The translations under genes were made by a program, and so were the position numbers. DNA of 64,000 bases from Felis catus (Eukaryota), in contig NC_058373.1 in assembly GCF_018350175.1 (NCBI RefSeq), positions 111,354,001-111,418,000 of the forward strand, given 5' to 3'. This document shows, in pieces, positions 37,607-49,262 of this stretch. The notes under the pieces were generated by a model. It made no database searches. It was not told the DNA's origin and worked only from the letters and a program-made list of their open reading frames with translations. The first letter of the stretch is position 1; each line of letters begins with the position of its first letter.

Positions 37607-39925
37607 TAGTGTTTCTCAAACTTTTGTTCTTAAGACCCATTTTACATTCTTAAAAATTACTGAGGAGGATTGCAAGAAACTTAATTTTTTAGATTATATT
37701 GATATTGACTGCTTTAGAAATTAAAGCCAAGAAATTAACATAATTATTAATTCATTTAAAAATAGCAGTGTTAAACACATTACATGTTTATGTAAATAAC
37801 ATTTTTTAAAATAAATAATTTCACAAACAAAAAGTTAATGAGAAGAGTGGCATTGTTTTACATTTTTGTAAATCTCTTCAATGTCTGGCTTAATAGAAGG
37901 TGTTTGGAGTTTATATTTGCTTTTGCATTCGATGTATTGTGATGTATTGTTTCGGTTGAAGTATATGAAGAAAATATGGCCTCATACATGTATATTTGGG
38001 AGAGGGAGAAGTAATTTTAGCTTTTTAGATGGCTGTGGATATCCTATTTTGATACTAAATCAAAATTTGACAAATGGTAGTTTTCTAGATCGTGAAATCT
38101 GAAACTGTATCAGTGAACCTTTTTAGTTTTTACTTTATTATGTTAAGATCCATGGCTATATTGTGTACATTGAGTGGATCTTTAATCATGAATAATTTTG
38201 TGACATTAAGCTTGGGTCATTTGGAAAATATTGGTTCACTGACTTATGCAGATCTTCCATATGTTTACATGATATGTTACATTATACAATATAAAAAAGT
38301 CACTTGTTAGCACCACTGATCTCATTAGAAAGGGAAGGGGTTAAGCACATGATGATGAACACACGTTTTCTCAATTTGGAAGTTTGAATTTTATTGGAAA
38401 CTGTCACTTTATTTTATCAAAAAACATTTTTTTTTTAGTTTATTTATTTTTGAGAGAGAGCGTAGGCACACGCAAGCAGGGAAGGTGCAGAGAGAGGGAC
38501 AGAGAGAGAATCCCAAGCAGGCTCCTTGCTGTCAGCGTAGAGCCCTGTCTCACAAACGGTGAGATCATGACCTGAGCCGCAATCAAGAGTTGGATGCTTA
38601 ACCGACTGAGCCACCCAGGCACACCTGGAAACTGTCACTTTAAATGATAGGCTTACTGGTTGCCTCAGGAGGATGGGGCACTGGGTTGGCAGTGCCAGTG
38701 TTCAGGGTGTGGTCATTTCTGCTCCCTACTGGCCGGTGGGGATGCTGGTACTCTAGGTTGCTCTGGAGCTCATTGAGGGAGGCACATTGCACAATAGGCC
38801 AGTGGCTGACTGTGAGCCTTCACATGCCACAGGGGCCTTCCGGAGGAATGGCCAACATGGGCAGCCTGCTTGTGTGCACCCCACTGTGTGCAGGAAAGAC
38901 AAGTGTCTGCTGTACTCAGAAACCAGGTGGACCCCAGGTGTCTTGGTCTGCTTGGGCTGCCCTCGCTGAACGTCCCAGCCTGTTGCAACAGCACATGCTA
39001 GGGGACTGCCTCCTGTGGGTTGCTGCCTGCACGCGTCCTCCTGGCAAGCTGACCACGACAGGGCCTTGCTCACACATGTGCACTGACAAGCCTATGCACG
39101 CCTCTACCAGGTGCTCCTGGTCAAGCAGGACGGCTCCACCATCTACATCCCCTATTAGCAGCCATGACGAATGCTTGAGATGCCATGGACCTGGATGCCC
39201 TGTCCGCAGAGGAGAGGTGGGCATGGTTCTGGAAATGGTGGGGCCCAGCTCAGAGAGAAAAAGGAGGAGGAGCCAGAGCTGTGGGATGACTTTGACTTGG
39301 AGCTGTATGAGGGGTTTTGGACCAAAAAGTGACCTTGCCAGGAAGCTGCCCTGGCAGGGGATACTGTGGACAGGGAAACTATGTCTTCTAAGTGATGTGT
39401 TCACAAAAAAAAAAATAAAAGGAAAAAAAGAAAAAAAGGCTTGCTTTGTTAATTTCCAAGAAAATGTCTGCCAGATACCTAATACTGAACAACCATAGTT
39501 CTTTCAAGTAAAAACAGTATTCCATGGCAAGTGGCTCTTTCAGCTTGTAGCTCAATGGTCCTACAAGTGGTTTTCCTCAAGATAATTATTGTCCTTTAGT
39601 ATGCACAGAAAGTGCTGTGCATGCTTTTATTTCAATACAGATTATAAAAAGATGTATACTCAAAAGGTGAGAATTTAAAAAATAAAAATTCTTAAAGTAG
39701 CTCCCCTTTACCCCCCCCACTCCCTCATTGTGTATCATTGAAGTATACAGTGACTGATAATATAGTTTGGTGCCAGTGCCTTGATTCATTCTAAGGCACC
39801 AGCAGTTTTATTTACTTTGGCATGCACTATGCATGCAAATGTTAACTGTGAAAAGGGAGATACCATCTCAGTGTTATTACGAAAATAGTTTCGGCTTTGT
39901 GGATTTGTGTACCATACTTTATATG
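37607..39925. mobile_element. Charlie1-type hAT DNA transposon fossil, interrupted by a CAN-SINE (~38428-38625, -) and the MRPL55 retrocopy
   Basis: Terminus TAGTGTTTCTCAAACTTTTG...ACATTCTTAAAAATTACTGAGG and internal AATGAGAAGAGTGGCATTGTTTTACATTTT and GAAAATGTCTGCCAGATACC match recalled Charlie1 consensus. Confidence 0.78.
38658..39437 (+). pseudogene. MRPL55: MRPL55 processed pseudogene (mitochondrial ribosomal protein L55)
   Basis: ATG at 38848 (MANMGSLL); native frame reads LHASSWQADHDRALLTHVH*QAYARLYQVLLVKQDGSTIYIPY*QP*RMLEMP, then DLDALSAEER and FWTKK* (stop 39330-39332); poly-A 39405-39437; TSD-like AGGCTTACT/AGGCTTGCT. Confidence 0.92.
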
Positions 39926-40829
39926 CGGTAGGCCAGTTTGTAGATACATCACTTAGTTATTAGGGAGGACTATTATTTATGATAATTTTTAAAAATCTGG
40001 GTCTTCCTATTCAACTTCTTGTTTTGAGATAAACATAGCTTTAAGCTACTGTGCATTTTAATGGAATCCAGGTAGTAGAAGGTTCTTGAGAAGAACCAGT
40101 CTTGAGTATCGATTAGTTTAGCAGTGCCAAAGGCTTGAAACAGTGAAAAGGAATAATTTTGCCTTGGAGTTGAGTGGTTTTTGCCTTTGGATCAAGGTTT
40201 AGTAAAAGCAAGGAAAAGTTTGTATCAGTGGAGTCTGGTATAAGAGCTTCAAAATAAGAATATCTTTTCATCTTTAAATTACCTTCTTAGAGCTCTTGAA
40301 TCTTGAGAAATTGGTATTGGAGTCTTGATGCTGGGTAGAGAGAAGTTGAGGGGCTCCAAATCTTCATCAGATCCACATTAAAACTACAACAGCATTACTT
40401 TAATTTTTTTCCTGCATTGACCTTTTTTTTTTTTTTTAAAGGTTTCAGGGGAAAATATTTTGCTGCTAAAATGTTTAGAAACTTAATTTTTATCTTTAGG
40501 ATTTATTTCTAAACAGTTCTGTTCATTTTCTCATGGAGATTGTCATTGCTGATTGTTATTTACATATGGGTTCATCTATTTAACAGATGTTTATTGAGTA
40601 TGTCCGGTGTGGTAGGCACTGGGTGGAACTGGGAATGAGTGGGACCCAAGGCAGACATAGACAGACATGTTGCCAGTCCCTACCCTTCTGTACTATACAA
40701 TTTTAGACCTTAGAGTCTTGCAGAATCTTTTCCACCATTTAGCTGGTCCTGGGTTAGTTCCTTGTGTCTATTTTCCAGTCTCAAAATTATTATGCTAGTG
40801 ACCTTTGAAGTTTTTAAGTTTTGTATCTT

Positions 40830-42640
40830 TAAAGTGATTTCAGACTTGAAAAAATGAGTGGTACAAGAATAGTATAAAGAATTCTTCTGTATCTTTCATC
40901 TTGTTCCCCAAAATGTTAATATTTTACAAATTTTTCCTTATAACTTTCTTTTTATTGTATACATATTTTTTTCTGAGCTATTTGAAAGTTGCAGACATCA
41001 TCTTCTGAAAACTCAGTGTGTATTTTATGAAATTCAGGACAATTTCCTGAAGTAACCAAAGGACATTGCTCATTGTAAGTCTTATTTATTATATCTATAT
41101 TTATTGAATATTTATTTAGCCTACAAATATAAGTTTCACTAATTGACCAAATAATATAGCAAAAGAAAAAAAAACATTTTCTCTAGTCTAGGATCAAATT
41201 CAGGATGATGAGTTGCTTTTAGTTCTCACTTTCTTTCATTTTCTTTAATTTGGAAATGTGTCTTTCTTTTATAACACTGACTTTTTTGAAGAGTGTAGCC
41301 CACTTATTTTGTAGAATGTCTCCCAATTTGGGTTTGTTTAATATTTCATCTTAGCAGAATCAGGTTATGCATTTTTTGCAGGGCTACCCAGTTAGAGGTG
41401 TTGTGTCCTTCTTAGGGTGTTGTATCTGGAGACACATGATGTTGATTTGTCCCTTTACTAGTGATGTTAACTTTGACCACCTGCCAATTTTTATTTATTT
41501 ATTTTTTTCACTGTAATGGTACTATTTTTTTCCTTTGCAGTTAGAAAGTATATTATGAGGAAATACTTGAGAGTATGTAAATATTTTGTTTCTCATCAGA
41601 CTTTTCTTAACTACTTTGGCATCCCTTTGAGTTTTTATTGAATCAATGTTATTAATATAGTGGTTGCCAAATGCTGATTTCTCCTTTAACTAGTTGACAT
41701 TTTAACATGTACATACACATAGATTCTTATTTTTACTTAGTGCTATCAAATTACTGTCATTTATTTTGATTCTCGGATTGTCCTAGATCTGGTCTCTTCA
41801 GGCCAACTCCTGTGTTCTTGACATATTTCCATCATTCTTTGAGCGTTTTTTTCGTGTCTGCCACAAGATATTCTGGGTCTATCTTATACTATCCCAGCCT
41901 CTGAGGTAGAATCAACAATTTTTTCAAGAAGTTTTGATTCCTCTTAGTGGAAAATAGTATTTAGATATAAGGTCTGGGTGCTGGTTATTGTCCTCATTAT
42001 TACTGGGGTGTTACTGCTTCTAGGCCCTCTAGATGGAGTTAGGAAAATTTACATGCTGACACATTTATATCCATTTATATTTCTGTGTATGTATATTTAT
42101 AACTGAGTTCAAGTTGGTAGGCCCAATTTCAATCCAGTACCCCAGGATTCATTCTAAACTTATTTTCTCAGTATTTCTCATTCTCTTTGCTGACAGTGAG
42201 ACACCTGGCTCTGATTATTTACAATACATTTGCTTACTTAATCAATCCTAGAATGCATAAAGGATAGTCTAAAAACTGATAACCCATTCCAGTGGTAAAA
42301 ACAAACTTAATGCTATTTTTGTTTTCAGCTTGAGATTATGGACAAAATACCATGCTCAAAAGTTATTTCAGTTACCTCTTCCCAATGGCCCTACTTCTCT
42401 TTCAGTGGTGATATGTTAATTATTTGAAATACTTTTAGGTCTGGTTCCTTCGGTTTATGTACCACTTTTAGGGCTAGCCCTTTTCCATCCTTGTTGATTT
42501 TATTTATCCTTGTTATACTTTTTTGGATATGTGAAACATTCATATGGTTGAGAACTATAGGAGTTCATTAGCAGAACTATATAAACAAGTATATTCAGAA
42601 GTGTCATTCCCCCATCTCTTCACTCCATTTTCATACACCC
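40830..42640 (-). mobile_element. Ancient L1M 3'-region fossil(s)
   Basis: TTTTGTAGAATGTCTCCCAATTTGGGTTTG, TAGTGATGTTAACTTTGACCAC and AAGGTCTGGGTGCT motifs typical of old L1MC 3' UTRs. Confidence 0.65.
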
Positions 42641-42641
42641 T

Positions 42642-43126
42642 CTGAACAATGACCTCCCAAAAGACATGCATGAGACTTGCATAAACTAATCTCTGGAACT
42701 TGTGAATGTTATCTTACATGAAAACAGGGCCTCTGTAGATGTGATTAAGTTGAGTTAAGGCTCTTGAGATGGAGACATTACCCTGGATAGGCCCTACATG
42801 ATGCAGTCACATATATTCTCATAAGAGGCAAGCAGAGAGAGACTTGACATAGAGGAGGAGAAGGCAATATGATCATAGAGGCAGAGATTGGAGCGATACA
42901 GCCACAGCCAAGAAGTGTTGACAGCCACCAGAGGCTGGAAGAGACAAGGAATAGATTCCTTCCTAGAGCCTCCTAAGGGAGTGAGGACCTATTGATACCT
43001 TCATTTTGGCTCAGTGAAACTGATTTTGGATTTCTGGCCTTCAGAACTGTGAGAGAATGAACTTCTGTTGTTTTAAGCTACTAGGTATATGATAAATTGT
43101 TACAGCAGCTACAAGAAACTGATACA
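42642..43126 (+). mobile_element. MLT1C/D-type MaLR solo LTR
   Basis: CTTGAGATGGAGACATTACCCTGGAT...GGAAGAGACAAGGAA...CAGAACTGTGAGAGAATGAACTTCTGTTGTTTTAAGC...GAAACTGATACA. Confidence 0.85.
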
Positions 43127-43159
43127 CATCCTTTGTTAGTAACCAGTCTTATAATTTTC

Positions 43160-43435
43160 TTTCCTTCTTTCTTTCTTCCTCCCTTCCTCCTTCCTTCCCT
43201 CCCTCCCTTCCTTCCCTCCCTCCCTCCCTTCCTTCCTTCCTTTTTCTTTTTTTAGAGACAGAGCAAGAGATTACATGGAAGGGGCAGAGAGAGAGTGAGA
43301 GAGTGAGAGAATCCCAAACAGGCTCTGCACCATCAGCACGATGGAACCCAATGTGGGGCTCAAACTCACAAACTGTGAGATTATGACCTGAGCCAGAGTC
43401 GGAGGCCTTAACTGACTAAGCCACCCAGGCGTCCC
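43160..43435 (-). mobile_element. CAN-SINE with (CCTT/CCCT)n tail
   Basis: SINE body; TSD GTCTTATAATTTTCTT. Confidence 0.9.
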
Positions 43436-44469
43436 TGGTCTTATAATTTTCTTGTTTAAATCTTTATTTTATTCTGATCCATGGATATTTTCTTAATTCT
43501 CTTTCTTACTAAAATATTTGCATACAATAAATATTTGGGCCCTTTTATTTTTTTCTCTTAATATATTCAGGAAGTCGCTATCTTCATCATCTTTCTATAG
43601 TTGCATAGTACTTGATTATATGGATGTTTATTCAACCCTGCTCCAATTTAGGATATTTTGCATTTAGGGTTTTTCCATTAATTTGCAATTAAAAGCAATG
43701 CTGCAGTGAATAACCTTGTGCATATACGTTTGTGTACTATTGGGGTTTTTTTTAGGGTAAATTTCTAGAAGTGAAATTGCTAAGCCAGAAGGTAAATGCT
43801 CTGTGAGTTTTGTTAGATATTGCTAAATTCTCCTCCATTATGTACCTATTTATATTATTACTGCAATTTATGAGAGTATCTGTTTTCCTGTAGTTTTGAC
43901 AGCAGAATATTTTAAAATTTGGGAGGATGGGTTAAAAAGTGGTAGGTCAACATAACAAGTGAGGTTGAACATTTTTCATATGTTTAAGGGCAGTTTTTAT
44001 GTATTTTATTATTTGTGAATTATCTATTGCCAGTTTTTCTATCAAGTTTTTGGTTTCATTTTCTCTCAGCTTTTAAGAATTCTGTCTATACTAGGGATAA
44101 TAGATTTTTGTCTGTAAGATATGTTGTTTAGAGTTTCTCTCAATTTTTCACTTGTCTTTTGATTTTGCTTATGGCATCTTTTAAACAAATATTTAATTTT
44201 TTTTAGAGATCTTTTAGGTTTGCAGAAAAATTTATCACAAAGTACATAGTTCTCACATTATACCCACTGCTCCCGTTATTTGTATCTTATATTAGAGTGA
44301 CACAGTTGTTATAATTGATGAACCAATATCAATGCATTATTATTAACTAAAGTCCATAGTTTACATTAGAGTTCATTCTTTGTGTTGTATATTTTATGGA
44401 CTTTGACAAATCTGTAATGTCACTTGTCTACTATTACTGTGTCATACAAAATAGCTCTACTATATGAAG

Positions 44470-46960
44470 CATCTCCTCATACCCACAATGGTGTGAAACT
44501 AGAACTCCATTATAGAAAGAAAACTAGAAAGTTCAGATATGTGGAGATGAAACAACATAACTACCAAACAACAAGTCACATAAAAAGCTACCTTGAAACA
44601 AATGAAAATGGAAAAATAACATACGAAAACTTAAGAGATACAGCAAAAACAGTTTTAGAGAGGGAAGTTCATAGTAATGTAAACATCCTCGTTAAGCAAA
44701 AAGAAAGGGGGTACCTGGGTGGCTCAGGTGGTTGAGCATCCAACAATTGATTTCAGCTTAGGTCATGATCTCATGGTTCGTGGATTTGAGCCCTGAATTA
44801 GGATCTGCGCTGACAGTGCGAGGAGGCTGCTTGGGATTCTCTTTCTTCCTCTCTCTGTCCCTCCCCTGCTTGTGCGCACACTCTCGCTCTCTCAAAATAA
44901 ATAAACTTAAAAAAAAGAACAAACTCATATAAACAACCTAACTTTATACCTCAGTGAACTAGAAAAAGAAGGGTAAACTAAACCCAAAATTAGTAGAAAA
45001 AAAGAAATACTAAACATCAGAGTGGAAATAAATGAAATAGAGTCTAGAAAGAAAAATAGAAAAGATCAATGAAACTAAGAACTATTTTTTTAAAAGATAA
45101 AATAAATAAACCCTTAGCTAGACTCACCAAGAAAAAAAGAGAGAGGACTCAAAATCAGAAATGAAAGGAGATGTTATAACTGATACCATGGAAATGCAAA
45201 GGATCATAAGATTGTTATGAACAATGATAGACCAACAAATTGGTCAATTTAGAGAAATGGATAAATTCTCCTAAACATACAATTTACCAAGACTGAATCA
45301 TGAAAATAGAAAATCTGAACAGACCAATTACTAGTAAGGAGACTTAATTAGTAATCAAAAACCTCTCAACAAATAAAATTCCAGTCCCAGATGGCTTTTC
45401 TGGTGAATTCTACCAAATGTTTAAAGAAGAATTGATATCAATCTTTCTCAAACTCTTACAAAAAAATGAGGAGGAAACACTCCTAAACTCCTTTTGTGAG
45501 GCTAGCATTGCCTTGATACCAAAGCCAGAAAAAGACACTACAAGTAAAGAAAACTGCAGGCCAGTATTCCTGATGAACATAGATGTAAAAACCCTTAATA
45601 AAATATTGCCAAACCAAATTCAGCAGTATATTAAAAGGATCATACACTATGATCAAGTGGGATTTATCCCTGGGATGCAAAGATGATTCAAGATATACAA
45701 ATCAATAAATGTGATACATTAAGTTAATAGAATAGAAGATAAAGATCATATTATCATCTCAATAGATGTGTAAAAAGTATTTGACAAAATATAACATCTT
45801 TTCATGATAAAGACTGTTAGCAAATGGAGAGTAGAAGAAGGAACTAACCTCAACCATGGAATGGGAAAAAGTGTTTCCAAGTCATATATCTGATAAGGGT
45901 TTAATATCCAAAATACATAAAGAACTTAAACTACTCAGTAGCAAAAGGGATTTTTTAATATAGTTACAAAATGGGCAAAAGAACTTAATAGACATTTTTT
46001 CACAGAAGACATACAAATGGCCTAGTTATATGAAAAGATGCTTGACATTATAATTGCTAGGGAAATGCAAATCAATCATAATGAGATATAACTCCTGTCT
46101 ATTAGAATGGCTATTATCAAAAAGACAAGATACAACAAGTGTTAGTAGTGCTATGGAGAAAAGGAACCTGGGGCGCCTGGGTGGCTCAGACTGCTAAGCG
46201 TCTGGCTCTTATTCTGGCTCAGGTCATGATCTCACAGTTTGTGAGATCTAGCCCTGCATGGGCTCTGTGCTGACGATGCAGAGTCTGCCTGGGATTCTCT
46301 CTCTTCCTCTCTCTTTGTCCCTTCCTGGCTTGTGTGCTCTCTTTCTCTCTCAAAATAAATAAACTTAAAAAAAAAAAAAAGGAGAAAAGAAAAAGGAACC
46401 TTTGTGAACTGTTGGTGGGAATGTAAATTAGTACACCCATCATGGAAAACTGTATAAAATTAAAAATAGAGCTACCATATGATGCAGCAATTCTACTTCT
46501 GGGTATATATCCAGAGGAAGTGAAAACAGGATTTTGAAGAGATACCTGCACTCTCGTGTTCATTGCAGCATTGTTTACAGTAGTCAAGATATGGAAACAA
46601 CCTGTTATCATATGAATGGATAAAAGGGATGTGGTATGTATATACTGTGTGTGTGTGTGTGTAATGTGTCCACACACACACACCCTTTAGAATGTTATTC
46701 AACCATGAGAAAGAAGGAAATCCTATCATTTGTGACACATGGATGGACATTGAGAGCATTATATGCTAAGTGAAATTATATGCTAAGTGAAATACTGCAT
46801 ATCAGACATTATAGGTACTTGAATGGCATATGTGGAATCTGAAAAAGCTAAACTAGAAACAGAGTGGAATGGTGGTTATCAGGGGCTAGGGGGTGGCAGA
46901 AATGAGATGTTGGTAAAAGGGTACATACTTCCGGTTATACGACAAGTAAGTTCTGGGAAA
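44470..46960 (+). mobile_element. Degenerate L1 (ORF2 with reverse-transcriptase start, ORF2 C-terminus, 3' UTR), internally deleted and interrupted by two + strand CAN-SINEs (~44708-44916, ~46170-46380)
   Basis: ORF 45417-45686 ([36 protein letters not shown]...[14 protein letters not shown]) is L1 ORF2; many stops and frameshifts. Confidence 0.93.
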
Positions 46961-47149
46961 GTTAAGTTACTATTGATCTAACTTTAGGTTCACTGACTCT
47001 TTGCTATATCATCTCCAGTATGTTCTCCTTGTTGTAGATACTCTTTTACAGAATTTCTATTTTTTTTGTGGTTTCTGTTTCTTTGTGAGCATATTTTTCT
47101 TTCTTCATTGAACATATTTATAATAGTTCTTTTAAAATCTTTGTTTATT

Positions 47150-48891
47150 GGGGCGCCTGGATGGTTCAGTCAGTTGAGCATCCTACTTCGGCTCAGGTCA
47201 TGATCTCGTGGTTCACGAGTTTGAGCCCCACATTGAGCTTGCTGCTATCAGTGCAGAGCCTGCTTCAGATCCTCTGTCTCTCTCTCTGTCCCTCCCCTGC
47301 TTGTGCTCTGTTTCTCAACAATAAAGAAAACATTAAAAAAAATAAAAAAAAAATAAAATCTTTGTTGATTGGTACCAACATCCGATTCTACAAGGTTGGT
47401 ATTTATTTTTTGGTTTGTTTTTTGGTCTCATTTTTTTGACCTTTGTCAAATTAATTTTGAGTTTTCATCTTGTTATGAATGTTATAGATTCCGTTACATT
47501 CCTCCATAAAAGGGCTGATGTCTTTGTGTTAGCAGGCAGTTAATTTGGTTGTACTCATACTGCAAACTGTATCTTAGGAGGCAGTTGAATTGTCAGTTTT
47601 TTTTTTTTTTTTTTCAATCATTGGCTGGTATCTGTCCTGCATATATGCAGTTCATTGGTCAGTCAGTTGGTCCTCCAAAGATTTGGGCAGAGTTATAAGT
47701 AGGTTTTATGACTTAACTTTCTGACTTTTCTGGAATTTCCCCTTCACTTTCCAGTGTTGGCAGTTGCTTTGGAAGCTTCATCTGGTATTCTAGAAGATAA
47801 CACTGCAATTAAAAATTGGGAGCCTCGGGGTGCCTGGGTGGCTCAGTCGGTTGAGCATCCGACTTCGAGCTCAGGTCCTGATCTCACTGTGAGTTTGGGT
47901 CCCGCCGTTGGGCTCTGTGCTGACAGCTGAGAGCCTGGAGCCTGAATCAGTTCCTGTGTCTCCCTCTCTCTCTGCCCCTCCCCTGCTCACATTCTGTCTC
48001 TCTTTGTCTCTCAAAAGTGAATAAACATAAAAAAAAATTGTGAGTCTCTTTGGGAATTTTATTTTCTTTGTGTGGCCACTGACTGTGACCTGCCCTCAGG
48101 CTGTGTACAATGTATTTACTGCTGCCATTTTTTGGGCAAGAATGCCATTTTTTCCCCAACAATACACTGCCCTCCAGAATCTGCTTCTGTTCATGTTCCT
48201 ATGCCTTCAGATGTTATTGTCATTCATATTTTTTCAAGTTTTATAATTGTAATCTGCAGGAGGATTGGTCTGGACAAGCTTATTCTAGTCTATTGGACGT
48301 GGAACTTCCCTCCATTTCCATTTGGTTTTGTTGCATAGTCTCATTGATTTTTATTTATTTAATGTTTTATAATTATTTATAGCTTTTGATTTGATGTTCA
48401 GATTTGGCCAGTGGGAGCCCCTTCAAGCTTACTTTTTTTATTTTTTTAACATTTCTTTCTTTTTTTTTTTCTTTTTCAACGTTTATTTATTTTTGGGACA
48501 GAGAGAGACAGAGCATGAATGGGGGAGGGGGCAGAGAGAGAGGGAGACACAGAATCGGAAACAGGCTCCAGGCTCTGAGCCATCAGCCCAGAGCCTGACG
48601 CGGGGCTCGAACTCACGGACTGCGAGATCGTGACCTGGCTGAAGTCGGACGCTTAACCGACTGCGCCACCCAGGCGCTCCAACATTTATTTCTTTTTGAG
48701 AGACAGAGAGAGAGTGTGAGCAGGGAAGGGGCAGAGAGAGAGGGAGACACAGAATCCAAAGCAGGCTCCAGGCTCTGAGCTGTCAGCACAGAGCCCGACG
48801 CGGGGCTCGAACTCACGAACCGTGAGATCATGACCTGAGCTGAAGTCAGACACTTAACTGACTGAGCCACCCAGGTGCCCCAAGCTTACTC

Positions 48892-48944
<53 letters not shown>

Positions 48945-49214
48945 TCTGTTGTTGGGCCCTTGTTGGACTTTGAACTCTTTATGTTAGACATAAAATGATG
49001 TCTCAGGCTTACTTTATATATTCCCTGCTTCAGATATGAGAACAAGATAGGTAGATAGATAGATTCATGTATATATGTATGTATTTAAAATTTAGATACC
49101 ATGATTTGGGTGCTAGAGGTTAATTTTCAGGGTCATTATGTCATTGCTTCTAAGATGTCTTACTGGACAAAACTAAGAAATAGATATATTAAAAATTTTT
49201 TTTTAATGTTTATT

Positions 49215-49262
<48 letters not shown>

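Noticed and set aside
45417..45686. Active reverse transcriptase gene
   Set aside because: Short fragment of a decayed, internally deleted, SINE-interrupted L1
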